NCBI GenBank assembly: GCA_905178155.1
Contig: CAJINV010000026.1
Span: forward strand, 266,289 to 330,288
DNA length: 64,000 nt
Direction: 5' to 3'
Source of the DNA: Amoebophrya sp. A120
Taxonomy: Eukaryota > Protista > Dinoflagellata
Within the stretch, counting starts at the first letter, position 1, and each line of letters starts with the position of its first letter. The notes below the pieces were generated by a model. The model was not told the origin of the DNA. It ran no database searches and worked only from the letters and a program-made list of their open reading frames with translations. The translations under genes and the position numbers were made by a program. Positions 52,901-64,000 of this stretch are shown here, one piece after another.

Positions 52901-54676
52901 TGTTCGCACATGGGTCGACTCGCAAAAAATTATTTATCAAAGGTTCGTTAGATTTTACTGGAGGCGGAGCTGCACCTTCGCGGCTGGCATTTGCTGCACT
53001 TGACAAGGCAATAGTGACAATAGGAAAGTGCGATCTTCTCTGAGAGATCGCCACAAAGTAGAGCGACGTTTTCAAAAAGCCGATGAGTATTCCCTTCAGT
53101 TGCCACCTTCTTCGTTCTCCGGTCCCGGTACCAAAGGCGTTGGATTCGTGATGTTCGTGGAGAAGCAGGCAGGAGCAAGCTCCGCTTCCGGTTTCTGCAT
53201 GATTGCCATCAGTGCCGCGCATTATGCGAAAGCAAAATGCCCCTGGGGCCAGATGTATTTTCGTTCGTAAATATTCATATGGCCAGTCGGGAGGCCGTTC
53301 TCGACAAGGGGATTAGTCGATGAGACGCCGCCGCCACTACAAGCCAATGCACATCAGTCGTAACGAGAATGACGACAAGGCCACCAGGGTTCATTTTCGT
53401 AGTTTCTCGTCGGATGTGAAGCCTAAGCGGGACTGGTAGATCTTCTGCATTTCGCTCGCCCTCAGCCGTTCCCGTGCGAAGTCAGGCAGCACACGGCAAG
53501 CCACTCTGCGTTTCGACAGGTTTGCAACATATCAACAGAAAAAGCGTGGCGCTGGCGATTCACATGGAGGTGTTTTTGCCATATTTTTGTCAAGATGCGT
53601 CGCTGTCAGAATTCTCGTCTAGGTGTTTTTTCTTGTCCAAGTAGAATGTAAATTGGTTCTCCTCATGCAAGTTCAAGTTGCAACGTCCACAATTTCACAC
53701 AAGATACAATTTGCACCACTTCTTCTCGCGTGATGCAATCCGCTGTCGCTGATTCTTATGGAGAAGTGACAGAAGGTTCGCTCGCACGACTTGCCGGTTT
53801 GACATGTCATTGTCGTCGCCATTCAGGGGGCAGAGAGTACGTAGTGACATCTTGTCGGGCATGCAGGACACATTTACGAACACTATACTGATGTATGCAA
53901 ACTGCGCAAACTGTACAGCATGCGTGCTCTGTAGAAATGATTTTGCGCCGCATGTCAAATCTGGTTTGCAGTGTCGGACAACATCTTGCTTTGATAGACC
54001 CGCTCCCAACAGGGACGTGACGAAGCCGAAACTCTTGTACGCGGCCACAGCTGCAATGGCGAGTACCAGTACCAAGGCTGGGATGATAAACCTGACTTTC
54101 ATTGTAATTATCATAATAGCGCAACCTCCCACCTCCGAGCGCCAGAATGGGACGGCTACTACACGTTGGTCATGAATGAGTTCTTAGTTTTACGTCAACA
54201 TGAAAAACATGAGCATCACACAATCGAGTTCAAAAAAAATCTACTGAATTAATACCATCGCCAGGAGTGCGCGGCCATCCGATTCCACCAGCTACAAACC
54301 TTTCTTCTGGCATAGTTTCCGAGGACCGCAATCACCAAGTGCATCTATGGTTTGCAAAATCATTTATCTGAGTCACACACGGGTTGGGAAAAGCAAAACA
54401 AGTTGCGTTGGAACGGCTACGGTGCATGAGAGATTTCGTGCAGTGTAAAATCGGAAATGCAGTTTGTCATGAGGACGAGAGAGTGTCTACTTACTAAAGA
54501 ATCAGAAAAGGTGGTCTTTTGCACAGAATCGATACAATGGTTTTCCGCAGGCCACCACAGACACACAAATTGCGAGACATTGGGATGGCGAGTGAAGAAT
54601 GTGTAATACTTCAAGGTCGCGCTGCCACCAGAGGAAACGGCCATGCTGCCGCACGTGACTCAGAGCTTCTTCAGCA

Positions 54677-55688
54677 TCAGCATACGAAGACCTTTTCTTC
54701 CCGGCTTTCCATGTCGTCTGGTGCGCCATCACCGTCTTGGTCTTCTTGGCTGCGGTATGCATTGCAAATACTTCTGGGTCGGGAAGAACACTACAGCTTG
54801 TCAAGGTAACTCGGGATCGCACAAAAATCTGTGTTGCAAAAGCGCCAAAAGACAGCCACCCCTTGATACGCACAGTGCAAACTTCTCATGCGGATTAGGA
54901 ATTACGAAGATCATCATTATCATCATGCGCAATCTGTGATGCTTGTGGGTGATTTTCAGATTCTCTGGTTGGTCCAGGAGATGCATGACAAACGAGTGCA
55001 CGAGTCCAGGCCCAGAGATATTTACACTTGGTATGCCGAGAAGGTGCCTGAAGGCAATTTCCGATGCCAGGATGTCGATGAAGTCTTCGTTCCCGAGCAG
55101 GTACTGGCCTGTGTCGACCGCAACTCGTGTTGCATGCTCCGGGTCTTGCAGAAGTGCGTGAACTAGGGCGTCGGGCTATCAAAATGGAAAAAAAACCCGA
55201 CCGATTCTATTCAAAGGGAAATTTCTGTTGCTGGATTTCTGTATACCATGTATTGCAGCAAAGGCTTGGAGGAGTTTTCTAAGGCCATTTGGAAGGTGTG
55301 CAGAACGCTACCAAGAATTAGGCACGCCAGAACGCTTTGCAAAAGTGGCCAAAAGCGCATCACAGATTTGCGGTGGAACGTAATACGTAGTTTTCAGTTG
55401 CCTAATGGGCAAGGCAAAGCTGCTTAGGCGTGTGGTTGTGGCCACGAACCAACATCACAAATTTTCGTTTTGAGTAGGTAGAGGCGGGATTTTTCCTCAC
55501 GATACGGGAAGCGTCTTTTGGTCTGCCAAGGTTTCTACGTAAAATTGCACGACTTTTTGTTGAAAGGCGGGATTTTCCCGGAGCTGGAAAGCAACCAAAC
55601 CCGCGACGTCTTCAGCCTGGCCGTCAGACAAGCGACCGGTGAGTCCAGGTTGTTTCTCCGCGAAGGTGCCCGCGAAGTCGCGACTCAT
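54677..55688 (-). CDS. Small hypothetical protein (~130 aa)
   Basis: MSRDFAG...QKTLP-DALVH...HLLG-SQEDQ...KVFVC*; the frame is continuous across two introners. Confidence 0.65.
54756..55033. mobile_element. Introner family A (degenerate)
   Basis: TIRs; direct repeat TGCGG/TGCCG. Confidence 0.82.
55177..55504. mobile_element. Introner family E (degenerate)
   Basis: tatcaaaatggaaaaaaaacccg ... cgggatttttcctcacgata; direct repeat CGGGC/CGGGA. Confidence 0.8.
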
Positions 55689-57343
55689 GGCGACATAAAA
55701 TTTTCGCGCCGACCTGACTGAATCCAGTCACCACTAGAAATGCGTCTGCAAGCCAGGATGTGTCCGCGTCCTAGTTGGCCCGGCACGGGTGTTTGCTTCT
55801 GCAGTGCCGGATTGCAAATCCTTACAGAAATAACAAGCAGCAGGGTACCGACCTACGACATATAACAAGCGGTGTGGATGACGGGATCTGGCTATTGTAA
55901 CAAAAGATAGAAGAGTCGCCGCGCGCACCTTGTTTTAAGGGACGGCATCTCTCGCGATACAACAAGATGTGGGGCTGTCATGGTAAAGTTTTCTGCGCAA
56001 CGCGCAAGTGATGAAATTAAATACGGTTCCACATCTCTTCAGAGCGGGGCGAATCTCTGCCTGATCTCGATGTTCGGCAAGTGAAACAAACACAAGCAAA
56101 AGCAAAAAGATCGAGATTATTTCGTGGCGAGAAGACACACGCTGGGTAGTAGGCCAAAAATGAAAATGCGTTATTTCAGATCTTCTCGCCTATTCGTCCG
56201 AGCCCCAACGACAGGGCCGAGACCTTTGAGAGGAGGGCGTCTCCAACGTCCAGAGCGGAGTAACGGGAACACATGCGTTCACTTCTAATGCTATTTGTAG
56301 TGTGATGCACGACTGAGCAGATCGGCGTCAGGTGCCCCCTCTCTAGGCACGCACAGGTTTTGAAAATACCAATGTGGTAGAAGATTAATTTCACTGTGTT
56401 TCAGAGGTCATCAAAGTTCAGGCACAAAAGGAGCTCTACATTTTGCGACTCGTTGCACTTCGTGCCGGGTTGGGGGCTGTCTTTCAGTAGTGTAGCGCGG
56501 GGCTGGTTCGAAACAAATTTGGCTGCTTAGAGGTAAGACGTGGGGCTGATGTTTCATAGGAGTAGCAGTAGTTGCTTGCGCGTGGGGCTTGTTCGCGCAC
56601 GAGGAGATAGTAGCAGTAGTTACTCGTACTATAGTTGTTCGCTGCGGAAGTTTCAACCATTCACATTCTACAATGCACCAACATTTTGATCGGTCGGTGT
56701 CCGGAAACTATCAGTCTTTCAACGGTCGCCATTTCATTCTAGCGAACGAATAATTGCGTATTTCGGTTTCATAGCTCTCTCAGAAGCGGCCGCGCCCGAT
56801 TTTACAACTCGCTGCATCAGCAAGGGGCTATAGTGAGAGATGGATTTCTCAATAAAAATCTCAGCAGTAGGTGATTCTCGATATTGATAGATGGATACTT
56901 TGCAAATGCTTGGCTGTTCATCTAGTATTTGTTAAGTAGTTGCGCTCAGTAGTAGTTGTTTGACATAGCAATCTCTGACCATCCCAGCAGGATCGACGTC
57001 ACATCGCAACGCCACTACCCGACACCAGCTGCGGCACGGGACTCTGCAGGCGGCAGTCTTTCGCCGCGAGTAAATGCCGGCGCAGACGGCAGGTTTTGAT
57101 GGTTTGGCGCCGCAATTTGAAAAACAGGTAATCTGCTGCAATATCGATAGCCGCGTCGAGTGCACCCTGGGCCTGCTGGACTTCCGCGACAGTGTGAAGT
57201 TCCTGATATTGTAGTATTGGTCATGAACGTACTTGGGCGCATCTGCTCACGCTTGGTTCATGTTGCACACAAAGACACTCCTAAAATGCGAACACCACGC
57301 TGCTGCAGGACCTAATTTATTCTGATCCACTTTCACTTTATAC

Positions 57344-58694
57344 TTAAGCACGGGCAAAACAACGTAGTTTGTAAGCACTTACTTCATCGCGGGTTTCGGC
57401 GAGCCGGTCCAGAGCCGGGGCCACTTTTTGCTCAAACTCGAGCAACAGCGCCTCGTTTTGGTTTTCGCTGAAAACCTTATAGATGTCCGCCAAGTCTTGC
57501 TTTCCGCAGCACGTGAGGCACATGCGTTGCAGAGCGGATTGGTTCGTTTCCAAGTAGCTGAATCGCCGCTCGCAGGATTGGTGATGACTTGCAAATATTT
57601 CTGAGTCTGGATTTGTCATGCAGATGGGGGACTTCTTCAAAGACAACAAGATCTGTATTACGCATGAGTTTTACGATTGGCCATTTCTTTTGTCGTGCTG
57701 GATGGCTGCAGTTTGTGATGCCAAACAAGAAGCTGAGGAAAACATTTTATGCTGCGTATGCTCTGCATGCGTCCAACTTGCACTGCAGGTATCAGTAACA
57801 CAAATGTCCAGACCCAGAGATATTTGCAATTCATATTGCTGGAGCTGGCCCAATCCTTTCTCCAGCCGGCCGACGGCCTGCTGCATAGTGGTCATGTCTG
57901 TCTCGACCTTCCTATCAACTGTAAAAGTGTCTGGGGCTGGAAGGTTCTGACACTTGTCATGCACGTTTTGCACAAGCCCTGATGTCTGTGATGCATGCCC
58001 TAGCATCACAGATTTTTTGAGAGCTTCTTGATGCCTATTTCGCATGACAAATGCCCTCTCCGCGTAGAAAAAATTTCATTCCTTTTGGTACTCATGCAAT
58101 ACAGATTTTTCTGGAATCCAAAACCAAATGCAGCGTCACAAGTTGCATCCTTTCAGACCCAGACACTTTTATCTTTGATACTTGCCCAGACGCGCCTTCA
58201 GACCCTCGATTTCGACTAGCACCTGGCGCAGCTCAGCTCCGCCGGTCGCCGTGGACTGCGGGGTGGACAGATCACTCTGCTCTCGGCTCTGCGGAAAAAT
58301 TCCGGTGGACTCTTTGCTAAATTCCGTTCGGATTTGTTGCGGCGCGCGGGAACTGGCCAAGCCTGTCGTGCGTTTTTGTTCTTTATGAATTGTAATTGTT
58401 TATTTTCATGCGTCCCACTGAAAAACGTGTATCTGCTCTGCGCTCCCACTGAAAAAGTAAAAGAGGTATGCTTCCACATAAAGGTTTCTGCTCTGCGTTC
58501 ATAATGAAAGTGCCGCCGTTCGTCCGGCAAAGGTGCATGATACGAGGAAAACTGACATTACCGGACTTGAGGTGCGAGCGCATCAAGTTGTTTGTCTTGG
58601 GCTTCTGCTGGTAGGAGGACGCGTTGTTCATCTTCGAGCAGTTCCGCAGGTACGGGTTGTCCGTGCAGTACGGGTTGTCGTTTCCTTCCATCAT
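57344..58694 (-). CDS. Hypothetical coiled-coil protein
   Basis: The frame is continuous over a GT-AG intron (58363-58561) and two introners; heptad-like LRQVLVEIEGLKARLGKVETDMTTMQQAVGRLEKGL. Confidence 0.65.
57583..57835. mobile_element. Introner family A (left end GA)
   Basis: TIRs; direct repeat TTGGT/TTGCT; removal joins QLQQ-SCERR. Confidence 0.85.
57913..58180. mobile_element. Introner family A (inverted relative to 13855-14131)
   Basis: TIRs; direct repeat CTTCC/CTTGC; removal joins RLGK-VETDM. Confidence 0.88.
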
Positions 58695-61600
58695 GGACGT
58701 CACACCCCGAGCACCGGGGTAGGCAAGTGCGTCGCGGTTACTGCCCGTGCCGGCACCTGGTATTCGAATACGAGAGATCGATGAGACGCACTTCTGAAAT
58801 AGAGTACTTAAAACATGTTGTCCCTGAAGGGGTCATGTAGGAGGCGAATGTTCTGTCCTTTCTTTTTGGTGCGAAACTGTAGTTGCGCTTGCGCACACAA
58901 ACAAGCATGATAATGGCAAAAGAAGAGTACGAAACATGTCACGGTCGTCGAAGGTCTGGAAACCGTCTTGGGCCGCTGGGGACGTAGCTGCGAAGACTTC
59001 CTCGGTCTTGTGGAGATGAAAGGACGGCCGATTGCTGCCCATCGCAGCGGCTCCTCCGTGGTTCTTATGGAAACAAAATATGGACCTGCTCTAACCGGGT
59101 TTGCAATGCCTCTCGACGCATTGCTAGAGAAATGAAAAACGCCACTTGCGCCATGATATACGACGGCGCTGCGGCTTTGTGCAAGTTCGTGAACTTGCTG
59201 CGTAAATCGGAAAATAGGTTGCGCCAAGACTGCAAAGTGGCATTGGGTCGAGAGCGTCGTATTTTGCGCCTGTGATAGCGGAAGGTCGTACGACGGGACA
59301 TGTCGTTGTTGCCGTGCAAGCCATTATCTGTGGTCCGGGGAAGCACATCGCTCCGGGTCTCCGACTCCGACGGGATGCAACCTGTTATAGGGTTTTGACA
59401 TGGTAGTGTCCAGTCATATAGTGTGGTGATGTGATACGCAATTGGTAAATATACACGCAAATCATGAACTTCATGCACTTTTTTGTATCCGAGCGATTTT
59501 CAGAGGGCCTCATCAATACCACCGAGCGCCGACGGTACGTTCGGCTCCACCACTTTTTGCCGTTGCTCTTGGTACGTAGCATTCGGGTCAATGCGTCTGA
59601 CCCCCCGCGGTCTGCCCGCGGATTGATGATGGTAGGACGCCGTGCCGCGGTCCTGGCGCCGGCTTGCTACGCCGGCCGCAGGAGCAGATTCGTTCCAAAA
59701 CATTCTCTTGGTTGGGCGTGTCCGCTTGTAAAATAAACAATCTGCTCTACTTGTGCTTTCAAGAATTCTAGAATAAATCTCGAATTGCGATTGTGCGGAA
59801 ATCCGTTCTCCACAATTCATTTAGCTTTGCTCTACTATTTCGAAACAACGCTCTTCCCTCAACCTTCCGATGTGTGGGCGCACGTCGACAAGAAAGGTAA
59901 AATAACGCAGCGAAAATGCCTTTGGTAATCGATGTGGAGACATCGTCTCAATCTCAAGTGCAACTCGGTTCGGGCTGAACAATGGAATCGAGCCGACGAG
60001 TCGAGCGGGTTTGTGTTTGGCTGCTTATCAGACCCCGCTTTGTTTTCTTTGCGAGTGCCTGATTTACTTGCAGCTCTAACGGGTCGATCAGTCACTGTCG
60101 ATGTGAGTGTAACAATAGACCAAGCGCAAAATTCCAAGCGAATACGGGAGACGATACGCGCTGGAGCAAGAAAAACCCCTTGCAGAATCAAATGTAACGC
60201 TAGGCCCTTTTTTAGGATAGCATATAAAGGATCAAAATTCCCGATACCTGCTAGGGCAACGGAGCTTGTAGGTGTGTCGAAGTCGGAATACTATACGCAA
60301 AACCTACTGCACGAAAGCCGCGCACTTCGCTACTTACTTTTCTGTGGCTTTGCATTCGAAGTTGCGATCCGCGTGGCGACCCCACGTCACTGGGAAATTC
60401 CTGTCAGCGAGAAACTTTCCTTGCGCTGAGGCTGTCTTCTGTCCAGTGCCTCTTTGTCTTTGCCACCTCAGTCAACGCGCTTTGGTCTAGCAGGCCTGGT
60501 CGGGTAGGAGCTTCCCACATTTTCGTCGCGTCTTCTCGTCCAGATTCGTGCCAGTGATCGATGCACGAAGCCGTTTTTCCAACAGACATCAGCGGAGGCC
60601 CTCACGACGCAGAGTCGCTCGCCACAGCTACCTACTTTTTCCACCAGCAAGCTCGACTGTGCCAGCGGGCCTGGTGTCCAGCTTCCTTGAAGCTTGTCAA
60701 AGCGCGTTCACCCAATGGTCGTCTTCGCGCGACTCTGCAGTCCCCAGCAATAAGAAACTCCTGTCGAAATTTTTCTGACGCCTCGGTATTGTCCAGCATA
60801 CGCTTCATCTCATTTGCCGTTGTTTTTGCGCTACAGGATATGATCGGTCTGCACAAAATGGCGGGCGAAAAGCGCGCCTGACCTTGACAGACGTCTTCTT
60901 TGTTTTCGCTCCACCAGTTCTGCGTCCAGAAGCGGGATTCGAGGTGCCAACGTGGAGATTTTATGGCGCAAAGCTTATATCAACTTCGGCGTCAGAGCCG
61001 GAGCGGCACTCGGGTAGCAGGAGGAACTACGTACAAGCGGCATCCTGTTCTTCGTCACTCATCTTTGTTTTGCGATTCTACTACTCTGATTCGTCGACGA
61101 AAGTAAGCGTACGAAGATGCAGGCGAACAAAGCAAAATGAATTGTGGAATGTGATGGATGAGTTAAAAGCTCAAAACTAGAATAAGAGATCAGCGTCCTC
61201 CTCGTCGTCGTCGATTTTCAGCAAGTACTATTGTGGCAGATCTGAGATCTCGACTTCATATGCGTTTCATGGTTGAGAGTTCTTTGCATCACCAGCCCCA
61301 ACGTTGAGATCCAATTCATTGCGCATTGTGAGTAGGTACATAATATATAAATCGAACTGAACCAGGGAAGCGAAACGGAACCTTCAGACACGAAAAAGCC
61401 AAGATGCAACATAAAAGACGTGAGCCCCTTCGACTTGCGCGGGAGGATTTGCCAGTGGCTTGCGGCCAATCTGCTGCGGGCCCTCACCAGGCCCCCACAT
61501 AGTCGACTGCTCTTCGGATATATAACAAAGTGGCAGAAGGTAGTTTTCGATAACATGTGCATTATGTATTTTTATGTAGCTCCTGTGATTTGTTTCCGTT

Positions 61601-62380
61601 TCATCATGGTGCTCCTTGCCAGGTTTTTATTTCAAACAGCCCTTTGCGCTGAATGGCAATTGATCAATTGCATTTATTGTCCACTGGCAGCACGCAGCTC
61701 GTTCAATGTGTTATCGTAGCCCAAGTTCGTTTATCTATGGATTTCGCTATCGTAGCCCAAATCATTTTTGTGTATATGTGTTCAACTTACTCAATATCAG
61801 CCCTGTACTTGTACATCATCTGTTTTTGTTTTCGTTAGATTTGCTTGGTATTTTTTTCGACGGTAGTTTTTTCTTGTGGCAATAGTAGTACTACATTCGA
61901 AATTTTTCCTCAGTAAAGAAACAAATGAAAATCACCGCGTTGTGTCCCGCACCCCAGTGGCCTCCTTACTGGTTCTGCAGCTATGAAGTGCGTGCGTGTC
62001 GGAGTCGGGGCATGGAAAAGTGCATATCAGCCACTGCGGCCCCTAGCTCTTTACGCCCCACCAGCAGCGTCACAGATACTGCAGCCGACAGCGGCCTACC
62101 GCTTGACTGCGTCCTGGCTCATGACAAATCGAACGACATCTCGTTGTCTCGTCCGCTTCATGCATAAAAGTATTTCTGTATTTCATTTGTACTTCTGCGC
62201 ATCTTCACAGCTCCACAACCTCTCCCAAGACACCGACATAGTTCGCATTCGATAGCTCCGGCGCCTCTTGATGCCCTGCGGGAGCTTCTTGGTCGTCGTG
62301 GTGCCGTTCTTCTCCCCATCCTCAATCGGACTGTCCGAGTTCTCCAGAGACTCCCGGATGTTTTGCACGGCGTCATGGTA

Positions 62381-62621
62381 TATCAAATGTAAAAATGTCT
62401 GGGTCTGGAATGTTGCCGGGTTTGTCATGCATATTTTGCATGATGTCTGTTATGCATGAACTTGCTGAACCTCCCTGATGCCTATTGCGCATGACAAACG
62501 CCCTCCCTGCGTAGCACGAAATGGAGTCCTCTTGCTGGCCATGCAATACAAATCTTTTTGGAATCCAGAGACAGCGTCACAAGTCAGAATCTTCCAGACC
62601 CAGACACTTTTGCATTTGATA
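62381..62621. mobile_element. Introner family A; host reading frame unresolved
   Basis: TIRs; perfect direct repeat TGGTA. Confidence 0.88.
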
Positions 62622-63602
62622 TGGTAGCGGCCTTTCGTCGTAGTGCTCGCGACGGTGGTGGCGAAGGGGGTAAGTGTATGGGAAGCAAAATGGCTGCCTT
62701 TCTTCACTAAGAGCTGGAGCTGGGCCTGGTCCTTTCTTCATCAACGCAGAACAAGCAGGACTTGGTCCTCTTGCTTTGAGTAAAGCATTGCAATGCAATA
62801 AAGTCCACTCGTGTACTGTAAGGCGAGTCTCTCAGCGTCAACTTCGCATCACCTCCTCCCAGAGCTCGGCTAGGTAGTTCTCATGATGAAAGTCAACTTT
62901 TTTCAACTCCTAGAAGTTCCCATGCTTCCCGCAAAAGTCCACGATGTTCGTTTTGTTGGCGCTGGTCAGGCAGAGTGGACACGAGGAGTTCAGCCCGATG
63001 GTAAAGTTCCCGCACTCTTTGCCGCCGACAGAGGTGCTACTACTGCAGGCGCCATTGGAGGCGGTTCTCGAATGGTTTATCTGTGAAAGGGTTTCAGTCT
63101 AATGAAGAGCGCGCAAAATTGCATGCCACAAATATGCTCGTCCTGCTACGGAAGTATCGAGTCCTGCATTGCAAATTGCTAAAATGTCGACCAGCATTTA
63201 AGTGACGCGCGCGCTTACGTGAGTATGAGCTAAGTGTTGCAAAAGAGCGCAGTTTCTTTTAGTTGTTGCTTGCCACAGAACAAAACTTCTGCTCTAGGAA
63301 GGCCACAGAAAGCATCTAACTACATGCACAGATGAAGAAGATTAGGAGTCAAAGCGTACCATCTCCAGGGACAAGCTCTGCTGCACCTGCGGCATTGTCG
63401 CGCTCGAGAAACAAGTTCGCGGAAGTCCGGTGGTCGGGTCCGTTCCTGCGCCCGCCGCCGTAGCACACGCACCTCCCGGGGCGGTCGAGTTCCCAGCGTA
63501 TCCATCCGGAACCTCGAAACAAATTCGAATGCTGATCAATTGTGTCTGCCGTCTCTGAATAGAAAGCCCAAAGGAGTGCGCGAGGCTTTCCCTCTTAGTT
63601 AC

Positions 63603-63805
63603 TCAGACGCGCCTCGGCCATGCAGAGAAAGATTCACAAAGGGTTGCCTGATTTGGTTCGAGGCTTCGAATGGATACAGTTTGCGGAACCGCCGCCGCAG
63701 CTTGGATCTGGTCGTAGTACGAAAATGCCACGATCGTCGCGCCGATAACCCCGAGTATGAGTGCGGCGCTGACCAGCCCTGCTACGGTGAGCGGCGTGCA
63801 CCTGC
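63603..63805 (-). CDS. Probable exon of a membrane protein entering from the right edge
   Basis: Hydrophobic LTVAGLVSAALILGVIGATIVAF directly after an introner. Confidence 0.4.
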
Positions 63806-64000
63806 TATCCTCAGCAAAAACTTCTCTGCCCCATAGCCGACTTCGGACCTCTACATAATCACAAAGACAGAAATTGCGGGAGTCACCACGCATCACAATT
63901 CATCCTCTGGCTTTTTGTAGTGCAGGTTAGCAAGGAAAGCCGCATCACAAATCCGTCGCCTTATCCTGTTTAAGCATTACAAATGCCAGAACTCGACTGG
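63806..64000. mobile_element. Introner family C, inverted and truncated by the window
   Basis: Starts tatcctcagcaaaaac; gtagtgcaggttagcaaggaaagccgcatcacaaat matches the reverse complement of 11312-11590. Confidence 0.8.

Noticed and set aside
49950-54400. Scattered short ORFs (including a TM-like 53695-54132) and similar ones at 58800-62200
   Set aside because: No recognisable motifs or consistent exon chain could be built by eye; left unannotated.
3005-62798. Recurrent peptides CK(Y/N/S)VWVWK, QMQ.CLGLE, LPDPD.F and FQTQT in many ORFs, resembling a repeated protein domain
   Set aside because: They are the different frame translations of the family A TIR (tgcaaa.atgtctgggtctggaa), not coding sequence.

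Overview
Eukaryotic nuclear DNA, most consistent with a syndinian dinoflagellate of the Amoebophrya type. This assignment is an inference from the all-minus-strand gene block and the invasive non-canonical introns. Host genes include an IP3-receptor channel (running off the window), a secreted Cys-rich protein, a CBM1-like + GH3 beta-glucosidase and several hypothetical proteins. I traced 25 complete and 2 truncated introner-like elements by hand (145-350 bp, one of 797 bp). They belong to at least 6 TIR families and share TA...TA termini, a 5-bp flanking direct repeat and many copies of an internal TGT(C/G/A)ATGC motif. Removing the element plus one repeat copy restores the reading frame in 24 of 25 cases; the junctions I tested give no GT-AG pair. 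The centre of the window (24378-46616) is a single 22.2-kb Ty1/copia-like retrotransposon. It has 4.24-kb ORF-bearing LTRs, accessory ORFs (including an Mdm2-type RING) and a macrodomain inside the polyprotein. It ends in TA...TA, has a perfect 5-bp TSD (CAGGC) and carries the introner motif near one end, so it is a candidate autonomous mobiliser of the introners. Repeats in the window also show a strongly directional T>C/A>G change. All coordinates and counts were read by eye; no searches were run.
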